From assembly GCA_030704615.1 (NCBI GenBank), contig CM060732.1, forward strand, positions 83,146,692-83,210,691: DNA of 64,000 nt, written 5' to 3'. Source of the DNA: Takakia lepidozioides (lineage: Eukaryota > Plantae > Bryophyta). This document shows, in pieces, positions 35,801-49,520 of the stretch. Position 1 is the first letter of the stretch. Every line of letters begins with the position of its first letter. Below the pieces are notes generated by a model, which did no database searches, was not told the DNA's origin, and saw only the letters and a program-made list of their open reading frames with translations. The position numbers and the translations under genes were made by a program.

Positions 35801-38800
35801 TGTGTGACTCACATTGTCACATGTGGCAAAAGTTGAGCTACAGCAGCAGCAGTGCTGGATTCTACTTTGGCCTCTCTTTAAGCTCACTTCTCAGACACTT
35901 GTTGTCGGTGGCCGCGCCTGAGCTCTATGGCAACTCTTGGATGAGTCTCATGTACTCTTTGCTCCACAGGCCGCTCTGGGAGGGTTAGCACCCCATGGGA
36001 CTAGCCCTTTAGAGCATCTCATTGGGAACAGTCAATGATCTCTCTCTCTTCTAGACTAGCGTGGCTGCAGTGTCCCATATCCATTGCAGAAGTGCTGGAA
36101 TCAACATGTGTTTTCTGGCATGATCTCTATACCAGCTTGTACATCAAACACTCAATCCTCTGCAACCAGATCTCAGTGGCTGTTGCATGAGTCTATGGTA
36201 ATGTAGATTAAGTCCCATATACCCTGGTGGCTGGAAGCCCCACAACTGGCTCTAGGAGGGTTATTATGCCTTTGGGTGTGTCATTTCTCCAGGAATGGTC
36301 AATGAGTAGATCTCTAGACAGTGTGATATTCACCTGTCTCACATCTGCTGCCAGATTGAGTGCTAGAGCACAGTGCTGGAACCGCTGGTGAAGATTCACC
36401 AGCGACTTAATAAGATGAGCAATGCATTCTTACATGTTAAATTGTAGCTGGACTGGAAATCCAACTCTTCTCTTTTGAGAAAAATTGAAAAACCAAGGCA
36501 CTTCACATTGACATTGGCACTTGGCCCCCAACAGACGCTTCATCAAGCAGCATTGCACCAGCGCCCTCCCCAGCAGCAGGCAGCCTTCCAAGCAGGTCAT
36601 TTCAAGGGGGGTCCCTCACCTCCACAACTGTCTCAGACGCAGCACATGGGGTTGTCTCAACTTCATCCTCAGCGAAACGTGCCCCCACAAAGTCAAGCCA
36701 TGAAGCTGGAGCCCATGGAAATTGAACGCATGCCGCCATCAGGCCGAATGTGTCCATTCAATTGGGCATCTCCAGATCAAGCCTCAATATTGGATCAAGG
36801 GTCTTTATTAGACCCGGCTTCTCCCTTGGAGAGAGGTCTGCCTCATAAAGAGACAGTAGAGGCTGCAGACAGGGACCAGGGAAAAGGACCAAATCAAGAA
36901 GCGAGCAAAGTGTCAGTTTCACCAGGGGAGTCCAGGGATTCTGGGAGCCGGTTAGGGAGGGGTTTGCAAGAGGGAGGGGGAAGAGAAGGTGGTGGTGGAT
37001 ACTCAACAGGCCATTCTGGCGGCCGCTCATCAAGAGAGGGGGTGTTTGCTGATCTTAACGCGGAACCTCCGCCTAGTGATGGAGAAGAGGACGGTGTGCC
37101 TGCAAGCGATGGATTGCCTCCCATTGCTCAACCGGAGTCCAGCAGGTGCACTTTGCATCCTACTTAACCATCTGGACAAAATCTCTGTGAGTGAAGGAGG
37201 GAGACAAGGAGAAGGAGAGGGAGGGATAGGGTGACGTACCCTGTTCACGTCGTTTGATGTGTGATAGAGACAGTCTGTGTTGTTGAGCAGAAAGGTGGGG
37301 CAGACGAGAGGAAGAGTAAAAACAGAAAAGGAGGGCATTCACTGTCTTTGTAAGCTCACACTCCTGAGATTTAGTTCTAGCCTTAACAGTACTTCTCCAA
37401 ACGTTATCATTCACAGCTTCTAATTGTTCACAAATCAATCTAGCACCCTGCCAAGGATGGAGGGAAAGAGAACATTCAGCGGAGGTAGCGTGTGGCCATA
37501 GACTTGTCTGTGGTGAACCTGCAGGGGAAGACAAAATAAGTGAGGACGAATAATACTTGGGAAGTAAGAGCTTGGGCCCTGACTTAATGAGCAAGCCTTA
37601 ATATGCTGGTGACCCAGATGTTGATGAATTCCTCATGGTGCAGGACCACACCTGATGACAAGAAGAAGCGCAAGAAAGTAGTGAAGGAGCCAAAGTGTGT
37701 GAAGGAAGGAGATGAAGAAACCAAAAAGGCAGGGAAGCCCACAAAGTCACGGTCAAAGCCTAAAGGAGAACTGGTCACTGATGCAGGGTTGGACATCGAC
37801 TCCGATGCACACCTTGTTGGTCTCCCTACGACCCGTGAGGAAAAGATCAAAAGCTTGAAAGAAGTATGTCTGGCTAACAGCTCTGGGGCCAAATGTGTGT
37901 TATTTGGCTTTTGGGTGTCGGTAGTCAGTGTGCCGCCAGCCTGAGGGAGAAATGAAATGAAATGGTGCTTGAGGGAGAGAAAGAGCAAGGGAGAGATAGA
38001 GAGAGAAAAAAGTTTGGCATTATTCAAGAAAAAGCACGTTCTCAGGGTTGCCACAGACTCCGCTGATAGCTGTAGTTATGACATTTGTTTAATATCTCTC
38101 TATATTTTTGTACATTTTCTAAGGATACCTGCTTTGACAAACATGTTTGTGAACCTCATTCTAGTATATTCTCTACACAACAACCGGGGTTATATGTGTG
38201 TCTAAACTTTGTTTGCCATTGCATTCCATTTCAGGGTCTCATACATGTCTCCCGAAAGCTCCCAAAGAATGCTCATGCACATTTTGCACTGGGTCTGATG
38301 TATCAGCGGCTTGGGCAGCCTCTTAAGGTTCGTGAGTTCTTGGCTGGTCATGAAGATTTTGGGTAGGAGGTGTCTCAATTTGTCTGTATGTTTAAATTAC
38401 CCATTCTTGAAAAAACATTAACATGCTTTCTGAATTGAAAGGGTACTTCTTTCTTTATGTCCGAAAGAACACCAATCATAGCCATTTTTGTTGATGCTTA
38501 CAGGCAGCAACAGCATTTGAGAAAGCAATAGAGATACTAAAGCAAGCAGAGGAGGAGACTGGGCACAGTAGAACACGATTGCTGGCTCTCGTGCAGAACC
38601 ACCGCACCCAGGTTTGTGCCAATCTGCAGTATTATTCCTTAATAAGAGAACCACATGATACTTCCCAATCACAGATTCATACAGCAAGCTTTACTACACA
38701 AATTCATGGAAGACAACTGTAGACATCAAGCTGGCACATAACCCTAGATACAGCGATGTGCACAAGGACATTCTCCGGTTTTGTCTACATGAATGTCCAG

Positions 38801-41800
38801 GATACAACTACCTTTGTAGTAGTCCTTTGTGTAGCACTTGTTATCCACTATAAAGACCCAACCACATTCCTGGCCACCTTTGTGTAAAACATTTATCAGT
38901 AACACACCTGCTGACCTTCTTATCCAAATAGACTGAACTGCAGTTCCTCAATGTCCTGTATGAAAATTATAATTTTAGTTTACTTGTTAGTTACCCTTTT
39001 GTACAGGAAACTGCCGCGTTGCCTGTAGCAGCTGGTGGTAACCGACAGGTACCAAGGTCTAATGTTAGGAACAGCTTGATTGTAACATTATTTACCCTGT
39101 ACAAACCAGCATAGTCCTGAATGCTTGCTGCACAAACCTGCAAGTGTGGATACTTTTGCACGGACATTGCACTTGTCAAGAATAGTTGAGTACTTAGGAC
39201 TTTGTGACTATTCAAAGATTCCTGATGCTTCTCATTCCCAGCACTTGGTTTAGACTTTAGATGCCAGTTTAGTCCTTAAATGATTACAGCACAACCTCAT
39301 AAATCCCGATTTTTGCTAACTGTTGGTGTCTGGGAGATTGGTCAACATCTCTTAACAGTATTGCTTCAGCAAGTTGACATTGAAAGTGGGTGTACTCTAA
39401 GCCCTTCAGGTATCTGCTACTTTTAAGCCACGTCATTCACCTTCCAGACTGCTAATATGGACCACTTTAGCAAGGACTCAGTTTAGGGCACCTTCGCGTA
39501 TATGCTCTGATGAGGAACAACACGAAAAAATGCATGGCCTCTGATGAGATGCATTGTATAGGATCGGTGTAGAGCTTGGCATCCTCCTTGGCCAACTTCA
39601 TGGAGTCTTTGGTTTGCTGCAATGATGCCTTCTTGCCCTGTGGCTGATGGGGAGGATTGCTACAGAAGGGTTATTTACTGAGAGTATACTCACATGTGGG
39701 GTTCTGTCAGGCAAATCAGCAGGAACTCATGGTCCTTCCAAAACTGCCTTCAGATAGTCGAGTCATTTTGGGGCTGACAGGTGTTTGTTAGGTGGGCCAG
39801 TGTTTGTTGCAGGGGAGTATTGGGGTCCAAGTGGGAATTGGTAAGGAGTTCCAGAAAGAGGAGGTTGACAGTGTGGTTAGCAAGCTGCAAGAGATGACCC
39901 ACACAGCTGGTGGGCAGGCCTCCATTTGGAACACCCTGGGTCTTTTACTCCTACGCACTGGCCGGATCCAGGTCCTTGCTTCTATCGGCTTTTTCATCTT
40001 ACAAGGAGAGTGGGTGCCTGGGTCTAGGGTTACAATGGTACAGCAAGCATGGGATCTGATATGTCCATCACTGCATCTCTTTCTATTTTCTTTGTGAGCA
40101 GTTTGAATTATCTCTGGCCACATGGACAGAGTAAGCACATGCATTTCCCTTTCTCCTGTCCCTCTAAATGTGCACACTCACAACTCTCTTCTGGTAGAGT
40201 CGAGCTTTCTTGAGCCAATCTGGAAAGTGACAACCAACTTTTCTTTTGAAGTTTAACTCACACTGCTGCAGTCAGCCTTCTGCAACTATAGAAGCCCCAG
40301 GCCCCTTCCTCCCTTGCTCCTTCCCTGCCTCTTTTGCCCCACTTAAACAGGGTGTGGTGTCTATGGCCACCACGTACTACAAGCAACTTATAATGAGTAC
40401 ATCATCTCCCCTTACAAAAACAGTAAGAGCTGACAGAAAACTTGCATAATCAGCCTTTACAAAAAGGGTAGGTGATAATTTGAGGACAATATTGTTGCAT
40501 GTGGAGTAATGCTGAGCTCCACAGAGTCTTTTAGTTTGACACTATTGCTCCTTATCTCAGGCTGTTTAAGATCAAAAAGCTGATAAGACGTTCCATTCCT
40601 TCTGTATTGATACATGTTAAGGTTCTTGTTGTAAGAAATCACAGAATGTGCAGAACATTTGCAGTTCCTTTGTGTAAACTTGTAGCTTGTTTCTGTCCAG
40701 TATGCTCGTTCTGTTTTGTAAGTCAATTTAGTACTGTCAGATGTGGCCATCCCAAAATTCCACAAGAAGCTGCTGTGTTTACATTTGGCTTGGTGGGGAA
40801 GGAACAGAGTGCAATTGCTGTCTTGACATCACTGTTGGAAGTTGTACCCAAGTATTTGGATGCTCTTGCCAATCTTGGTGTTGCCTACTTGCACAGGTCT
40901 GTCTTCCTCTCTTTCTCTGCCAGAACAGTGATGTTCAGTGCCCACCAGTAACATGGGTTGCTTTTGTGGCACGGTAGAGGGCTAAAGGAGTAGCGCTGGA
41001 ATTCACTTGATACTTTCTAGCAAGATACCAATGCCAGCCCTTGGATTCCCTCAAAATATCAGCTAACAGGATTGTTGTCAGTTGTACTCAAGAGCTATGA
41101 CCATATTGGGCTGTGTCTCATATATCCTGGTGAGCCTCAAGCCCACACCAGGTGGTTCATATCCTTCAGGGACTAGTGTGCAAGGTCACCTTCATAACCA
41201 GTGTTTGTAGGATGTGATGGTGTACATCATCTCTTTCTCTCTGTCTAGTACGCCACAAGGCTATGGCGAATGAGTATTCTGTGTGTAATCTATCTGACAG
41301 CAGTACAACAGCAGTGCTGGATGATCATTATGCCTTCGGTTGTGATCACAATGTGAATCTCAAGTCAACAGTGACTGGCTGTGTTGCTTCATTCCTATAG
41401 CATCTACAAGCTGGGTGCAAAACATTGGTGGGATAACCAACTCCAGGGGTGTGGGGGGGACGAGAACTAGGAGTGGAAGGGTACATTAGAGCACATGTTC
41501 ACAACCAAATCTTCATAACCATGTTCACAAGTATTTCTCTCTTTGTCCCTGTTGAGGTTATATAAAGTTTCTTTGTCTTTCTTCTTCCTCTATTTGCGAT
41601 GTTACTAGCAAACATATTCATTCTATTCTCGTAAGAAAAACGATTTGGAGCAATGTACTGACAGGAAGACATTTGGGAGGTTGTCGATGTACAGTGGTGA
41701 ATTGGCGCGGGCGGCACGCTGTTTGCAGGCAGTTCTGGAGAAGGATCGCAACCATCCTGGCACACTCGTCAACTATGGTGCCCTGCTTGTTCGCCAATAT

Positions 41801-44800
41801 GGATCCTCTTTTGCAGGTACCTGTTTTCTCTTATCTTTTCTGTATCTGTACGGCAATGTGTGTAGAGAGGGAAGTTTGGCAAAATGGTCATTCATTGTCA
41901 AGAACAGGGATGTACTCATCAGACCTATTGACCCCAGAATTCAGACACAAGGAGGGCCACAGCTTTCAGTGTTGTCTTGGGGTTCTTGAACTGAGTGAAT
42001 AGGTTTAGTTCAGTATGCCAGAAAGGGCCTTCTGCTGAACAGAGGACCAGTTACAATGCATCATAAGTTGTTGATTATCATCACTATCATGTGGATTCCT
42101 TTTTCCCTTTTTTCGAGCTCGGTTAATGTACAGGTAGGGTACTCTTTTTTTTCCACATCAGCCCATTACCCAACTTGGGAGTGCCTCTTGGTAGTCCTTA
42201 AGCCCCACTGTATCATTGAAGGCTGAGAAAGTCTCCTTTCCTGAAGAGGTTAACAATGATGCGCTCCTCCTTGTAGGAAGAGATCACTAAGGGAATGCAT
42301 CTTGAAATCTCCTAATTAGTTGCCAGCTAGATAGAAGTCTTACGCAGTCTTGCTTTTATCTCATTATAAGCCTTGTCAGTCAGGAAGTGAGTTCACTTTT
42401 CCTGGCAATGTGTAGTTATCGCAGAAATAGGTGAGGAACTCCTTAAAGCCCTCATTCACGTAGAGAATGTAAGGAAGGAGGCTCAGGGACAGTAGCGAAT
42501 ATATTGAAAGTACAACAGAGCTAGAGGAAGAAAGAAACTCTATAATGTTGACAAGAACACAAAACAAATCAAAAAGTTATGACTAGAAATAATGACTTCA
42601 ACCCCTACATAGATGGGTCCTTGCAAAGATAATCTGCAAACTATTTCTACTCTTCAAACCAAAATGCATCTGCCAGCTTCTGGAGGACAGCATTACCTCT
42701 CCCTGATCTGATTATATGTGGGACATGAGGTGCTCTGTCTCCGCTTCTACATGGTGCAGACTGGATTTGCACGGGGTACTACTGGAATAGTTCATTTGTT
42801 ATCGTTAAAGTTGATGTTGTAGTTATGGGGGCTTCTCGGTTAGCAGTGCCCCCTAATCACATGTAGGACAGTAGAATGAGAGAGGCCTCCATCACGACAA
42901 GGATCTATACCACCATTCTTTGAGATAAACTGTTCAAGTGCACCAACGTAGATCCCAAAGGCTGGGGTAGAGTGGGCAGCCTTGTAAGAGACATAAGACA
43001 ACATGTAGATTGTAGAAAAACCATTTACATTTTAACTCGGTAAAAATATTTGCTTTGTTATAATTTACAAACCCAAACCCCAGGTAACAGAGTGTTGATG
43101 AGTAAAAACGTTTGATCACGTAACCCTACTCACATCAAACCTAGTGCCCAGCGTGTTTGGCTTGTAGGAGGCCGAGAGATTCATCTCAACAGATGCTAAG
43201 CATTAATGCATAGGCCCTGCAGTATAAGGCCCTTTCTAGTTGGGTGTTAATCACTGCCACAGTTTCTGGGACAGCGTTCATTTCCTTTTCAGCCAGCATT
43301 CGGCTTTCCTGGACTGGTATTGATATTGTAGCAGCAGTGTCTTCATGACTTGCAATCACCATTTTCTGGTAGTAGTCCCATACTGATCTTTTTTTTTTCG
43401 AAAAGGAGTTGGTGCTGGTGGAGGTCGGGATGCATATGCCACACAGCTGGCCGCAGCCGCTGTAGCACAGCGATGCTTAGAAGCTGCATTGAAGGAGGAT
43501 GCAAGTGCAGGGCATGTGTGGGCTAATCTAGCAGCTGCCTTCTCTGTTTCTGGGAACCTTGGCAATGCCAGTTGCTGCTTAGAGCAAGTAAGCTCTTATC
43601 CTGTCTTTCTGCTTCATTTTTCTGTGGTGGGGCATGATTTTGTGAAGGGTTATGTTTCGGAGGGCCTACAACTATAATAATATAACCACCAAAATTTGTC
43701 CAGCCATCACTTCATTCTCCTCACTTTCTTGACAAGTCCGAAATGTTCAGCATTGGGGTGGATCAGGTAGGAGTGGGGAAAGAGGAGGGTGGGTATTGAT
43801 TTAGGATGCAGTAGTGTTCTTCAAAATTATCTAGGCAGCACAAATTTTGAAGATGCTGGTGTTAAACACATTCTCTTCCAAGGAGATTCAGACAGACAGA
43901 CAGACAGATTGCTTGTACAATCATTTTGGGCTTAGAGTTGGTCACCTAAATGGATGTTATTCCTTGCTCGTAAAGCTGAAGCTGTTTTATGACAATATGT
44001 TGGTCGTGTAGGCAACCAAATTGGAGCCTTCTCGAATGTCAACGCGATATGCAGTGGCATCACATCGTGTCAGGGATGCGGAGCAGTCTGAGCATCCTGT
44101 TGAACAGCTATCGTGGGCAGCCAATGAGATGGCCTCAATCTTGAGGGAGGGAGACCCAGCAACTGTTCAACCACGGCTTGCGTGGGCAGGGTTGGCTATG
44201 GTGAATCGTGCTCAGCATGAGTCAGCCACTTCCTTTGAAGGAGGGGGTGCGGATTTGAAAGAAGTTGAAGACCGAGCAGTTCACACCCTACAGCAGGTGA
44301 GCCACTACGTCATCTTCAAATCTCTATTCTCTAATACTTATTAGATATAAATAAACCTTCATATCAGTCTTGAACTTTTCTTGTGGGGTATGTTACATCT
44401 GCTGTTGCAGAGTTTTGGTGTTGTGGGACTGCATGATTTGGGAAGAAGATGACCAGTAACAAAGTTACCTGTCACTTGAAGGTTTTGAGGAACAAGAAGC
44501 GCTGTGGAGGAAGCTTGACCTGAGTGCTCCAGCAGTGTCCGAGTTCCTCCCCTTTTTGGCTGCAAGGATGTGATAGCTTTTGTATGAAGCATATGGAAAA
44601 CATTTAGATCGGATACTTGGTTAAGATGCAATCTCAGTGTTGCTTTCAATTTGCAAAAACTGATCCATAATATGTATAGATACAAAGATATACACATGCA
44701 CCCACATGAAGAAGAAATACTCAATTCCACAAACATGTGAAACTCAACAGCATTTTATCCGTGATTGCAGGCTATAATGGAGGATCCGGAGGATGCAGTG

Positions 44801-47800
44801 CAATGGCAACAATTAGGGTTACACACTCTGTGTACTCTGCAGTTTGGATTGGCCCAAAGCTATCTCAAGACTGCCATTGCCCGCCGCAACAAGTTCCCAG
44901 TTGCATGGTCCAACTTAGGTTTGTGGCCTTTAGTTTTTTCATGAATTCCAATCATCAGTTTAGTTGGGTCTTCTCTCTATCTCCCTCTCTGTCCCGCTCA
45001 AACTGGGCGCGGGGTCAATGGCCACAAGGCTACGGCAAACAACGTCATATGAGTACCATCTCTTTTCTCCCTGCCCTCTAGGAAGCCTATTGCCATTGGG
45101 TGGACTTGATACGTGAGTACATAAATGTCTCTGTGACTAAATACCGGCCTTGTGACCCCGTGTCTTTGTTTGTTTTGACCTAAAGCGCTTTGCTTCAGGT
45201 AAGGTCATTGGATTTAGTTGGAGAGTCTGGGGCCTCTCCCTCTTTAGAATATGCCTATGCGGGCCATTCCCTGCAGCTCCCTGGCGTGTGATCTCTGAAT
45301 CGTAACAAGCAGCAGACCCCTACCACTTGGGGGCAACCCCTTCGCCCAAATTGGGCAGTTGTATGCTCTGTCTAGCATACTCGGCACTTGGGCTAGGGTT
45401 GGTCCTTGTGCTTAAACTTATAGCCTGCAAGTTCTACCAATACATTACCTCTTATCAATATCAACACTCCCCAGGGTGATTCCTGGGAACTGGTTACTTG
45501 TGCCAAATCTAGGGCTTCATTTGTAGTTTTTGGGGTGAATCCCAGGATGGACGACATCAATTCAATCTCAAAGAAGTTCGTCCCTTGACTGGCTGGAGAG
45601 CGGTCTTAGACATTGGTGATTCAATGAGGCGCTCTAGGAAGACAACCAAGGGCAGGGACTTCAACTTGAAAGTTTCTAACCGGTTTGATGCACTGGATGA
45701 TTTTGATTCCAAGCAGTCAGACAGACAAACTGACCCTAAGAGTGCTGAGCCTGAGCTTCATGTGACTGACGGATTTGGTACTCTGAATGGTTTACCAATC
45801 CTTAAAGTTTACACAAGACGAGCAGAATCTACACACGGGATAATTGTCCCCCCTTTGCAGAATGGTTGGCCGTCCAGGAGCAACCATAGGCTACCTAGAT
45901 GACGAACAATTCATATGCAAAGGGCTGGCTTGCGACTGGGCACTTTCAATTTCTCAGGGCTGACTAACCAGAGGAAACAATTTGAAGTGGGACAAGTTCT
46001 TCGGGCAAATGATATTCATATCTGTGCTGGGCAAGAGACATGGGAAACTTCGGACAAACTGGTTGGAGATGTCAATGGTCATAGTGGATCGGTAAGATGT
46101 GCTCTCTTAATGCAGCCTCTGCCAAACGTGGTCAAAAAGGGGTTGGCTTCTTTGTCCGTGACTTCTTGTGTGACAATTGTGAAATTATCAACAAGGGTTT
46201 GCGGTATGAGCACGGTATCTGGCTAAAACTGAAATTGAAGGGCGGCGTGAATACGAAGGACATCTTTGTGGGTTGTGTTTAGACGTAAAGCTGGACTGTG
46301 CTAAGTTCCTCACCAAAGGTCAGGTGGTCTTATTGGGTGACTTCAATGCCCGGGTGGGCAAAGATCTTCATCAGGATGATACCATTGGGCCTTTTGGTGA
46401 GGACGAGCTGAATTCTAATGGTAGACGGTTAATAAACTGCTCTCCCTCATTTTGTCCACTCGCTCCAAGACCTTCAGTCTCACTCTGGCAATGCAAGAAA
46501 TGAAGTCGAAAGAGCAGTGGATTCTTGGGAGAGTTTCGTCTCCTCTGTGGCTGACAAGATCATTGGGAGGAAACTAATTGTCTGTGGTAGAGCTGTTAAT
46601 TGGTGGACCAGTGAGATTAAACTCAAGATAGCTGAGAGACGAGTCGTCTATAAAGAGTGCTGCAATTTGAATACCAACAAAGAATTGTGGGTTAGGTACT
46701 ACCAGATCCGCAAAGATATCAATCAGCTTGTAAGGTCTCAGAAGAAATTATACTGGGACAAGATATACAGTGAAATAAACTCAAACCACCATGGTGGTAA
46801 TGACAAGAGATTCTGGTTGGCCCTTCAACGTTTGTACCAGCCGAAAAACTGTCAGCAAATACAAGCACTGAGGAATACTAAGGGTGCAGTGGTGACTTCA
46901 AAGGCTGACATTGTCAAAACCTTTGAAGCCCATTACAGTATCCTTGGCAGAATTTCTAGGTCTAACAGTGGGGTCCTGAAGAATGGAAGGACACAGTTGG
47001 AAAAACTATTCCTATGATTCAAGACAGGCTATGCCAAAGGCTTACAACGCTCCCATTAGTTCTTCTAAGATTGTGGAAGCAATTAAGAAAGCTGGTGGAC
47101 CTGATGGCATAGTCAACGAGCTTATGAAGCACGGTGGCAATCCCATGATAGAGGCCCTTGTACTTCTCTTTAACCTTATCTGGAGGACTGAAATGATCCC
47201 CTTTCGCTGGCGACAGGGGGTCATTGTCAATCTATACAAGAAGCGTGACAGAGAAGAACCGGGAACTACTGAGGCATCACGCTCCTCAATGCAGTTGGCA
47301 AGATATTTTGCAGAGGTATGAGTACTCGTCTCGAGGTTGATCTGGAATCTAGAGGTTGTTTCCCGGAGGCCAAGCTGGCTTTCGGCGAAACAGGGGCTGT
47401 GTGGATCATATCTTCACCCTAGGCCAGATTATAGGGAAACCCACTTATGTATTTTTCTTGGATGTCAAAAAGGCTTATCCTAAGTTAATCGAGTCTATAT
47501 CTTGGAAGCAGGATCGCCCTGTCAAACAGGCTAAGTCCTTGCGGAAGAGAGTAGAAGAGATTCTCAAGGATCTGAATCTTAGCCCACAAGTCTTGACCCT
47601 GCTGGATAAATCTGACTTGGAGGCTGTAGTGTCCAAAGCCATGTCTGTTGCCAGGAAATTGTCCGATGAAAATGAAGGTAGGCAGAAAACTTCCCTGAAC
47701 TTGTTTCCAGTCTGTGACATGGGGGAGGACATCATGGATGACCTCAAGGCTCTACCCACTCTCAGCAGTAGACTGGAATTTAGACTCAGGGCGGGAAGCC

Positions 47801-49520
47801 TACCTTTGAACAGCAAACAGAAGCAGAGAGGAAAGGGAGAGTGCAATTGCCCGTTGTTGGGCAACCTGAAGACATTTTCTCATTCATTGTCCAGGGTTCT
47901 CTCACCAGAGAGACGCTCTCTTCTAATCTATCAAGGCAATTGTACCTGGACCTCTGTTTACCAACTTTGAAAGTCTTGAGGCTGAGCCAAAAACCCAGGT
48001 CCTTTTGGGGCCTAGTTATTGGGCAAACCACACACAGCAGGTTGATGCTTTTGTAAAGAGATTTCTCGAGGATATCTGGAAAACCCGGACCAATTGTTTA
48101 TTCCAAGGTAAGTCTTACTACCGGCGTCAGCCCCTGACAAAGGTAGGTTCCATCCCTTTGTGTTCCGCTCAAAGTGGGCGCGGGGTCAATGGCCACAAGA
48201 CTACGGCAAACAACATCTTATGAGTACATTCTCTCTGCAACGATCTTAACGGCTATCCTGGTTGCACTGAATGCTGGAGATTGAGACTAGAGCATTTTCT
48301 TTTGTTGTCCCCTTTACTAAGAAAATCAGGACCTGCTACTTCTGCCTGCGGAGGGACACCCGCTCCTCGAGTTATAACAGTGGGTCATTGTTATACAGGA
48401 TGGTTGATTTGTCTTGTTCTCTTGGATTGACTCCCTCAGTAATGAGACAGCATTCTTTCTGTTTCCGTCCTTGTTTTTGTTGTTCTCCTTGAGGTTTTGT
48501 CCCGGTGTCTATATTTTCATCTCTAATGCTCTTCTTTACCTTGGATGGGCTGTCTCTTTATCTTTGGTTACCTCTCAAGTGTGAGTTCGGAGTTACTAGG
48601 CTCTCAGTCCATGTCTCTTAAGTAGGAAGCACTCAAGTGGTTTGAACCCGTATGTACACTAAAGGTCGTCTCATGTAGTTCATTTATGAGGCTGTTAGTT
48701 GCTGGATGTGATTGTCTACCAAAATGCATATGGCTATTCTCATGATTTGGTACACCTTTGTGTGATCAATTGGACCTTTGGATTTCTGGACTCTTTTATG
48801 ATGTGGTCCATTGTACAATTCTATTTGGAAGATACAAGGGTCACCTGAAAGTCTTATCAATCTATGCTGTCTGTAGCAATTAAAGTCCTGGATTGGATAT
48901 CAAAGTCCAGATTCTATTGGCTATTTATTACACCAGAACGTTGACTTTAACAGTCATGTCCTGGTATGTGTGCAGGAATAGCAGTGCAATTGTCCGAAGA
49001 TCCCTCACTGGCGGAAGGAGTCTATAAGCAAGCATTGGGGCTTGTGCCTCCTGAGCAAGCCCACAGTGTTTATTGTAATCTTGGCAATTTATACCGGCAG
49101 ATGCAACGATTTAGTGAAGCACATTCAGCCTACCAAAAGGCTTTGGAGCTCTGCCCAGATTATGCCCCAGCTTCCAACAACCTGGGATTATTGCTCATTG
49201 CCGAAGGCCGTTGGGACGATGCCATTGGAACCTTTGATAGGGCATTGTTAGCTGATCCCTACTTGGATGCCGCCCAATCTAATCGCATGAAAGCAGTTGC
49301 TCTCGCCCAGATTCGCAATGGGGGTATCCCTCCTTCCAAGCCCCCTGCAGGCAGCCCAGTTGTGGAACCACAGGCCCAGACAAAAGCATCACAGCCTTCC
49401 CCTTCTCCCTCAGACAAGATGGCTCCTGCTGCAGCAGCTTCTTCCCCCTTTTCCATCCAGGGTGCAGTGCCCCAGCAACCGCCACAAGAGGAGCCTTTTC
49501 CACTGCCTTCAATCTCTTGA
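32884..49520 (+). CDS. Tetratricopeptide-repeat protein with long low-complexity N-terminus (resembles the Arabidopsis At5g63200-type TPR family, from memory)
   Basis: Phase-compatible GT-AG exons: 32884-33185, 34167-34566, 36535-37145, 37644-37863, 38235-38327, 38504-38611, 39801-39971, 40808-40896, 41695-41816, 43406-43587, 44012-44296, 44771-44918, 48976-49520. TPR motifs include NAHAHFALGLMYQRLG, YCNLGNLYRQ and ASNNLGLL; VFADLNAEPP is also present. Confidence 0.9.
34588..35290 (+). mobile_element. Three tandem 5'-truncated copies of the intronic RTE-like LINE (tail, ~500-bp 3' fragment, tail)
   Basis: gcggggtc(t/a)atggccacaaggcta...tgagtacattc motif; 34700-34800 CPGYSPQRVTLFRNIKNMVPAPLFTNF is homologous to ~47885-47975. 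Confidence 0.75.
45120..48235 (+). mobile_element. Decayed, internally deleted RTE/RTE-X-like LINE (APE + partial RT) in the last intron of the TPR gene
   Basis: APE: LGTFNFSGL, QETW, VVLLGDFNARVG. RT: GPDGIVNELMK...WRQGVIVNLYKK...QAGFRRNRGCVDHIFTL...FLDVKKAY, with the YADD region missing. 3' tail ends ...tgagtacattctctct. Confidence 0.85.

Noticed and set aside
45000-45025. LINE tail similarity to the plant U1 snRNA 5' region (CGGGGTCAATGG)
   Set aside because: Only ~12 nt match, with no ATACTTACCTG 5' end or Sm site; likely chance
32884-49520. Calling the TPR gene SPINDLY/SEC (O-glycosyltransferase)
   Set aside because: No C-terminal glycosyltransferase domain; the protein ends in a Pro/Ser-rich tail after the TPRs
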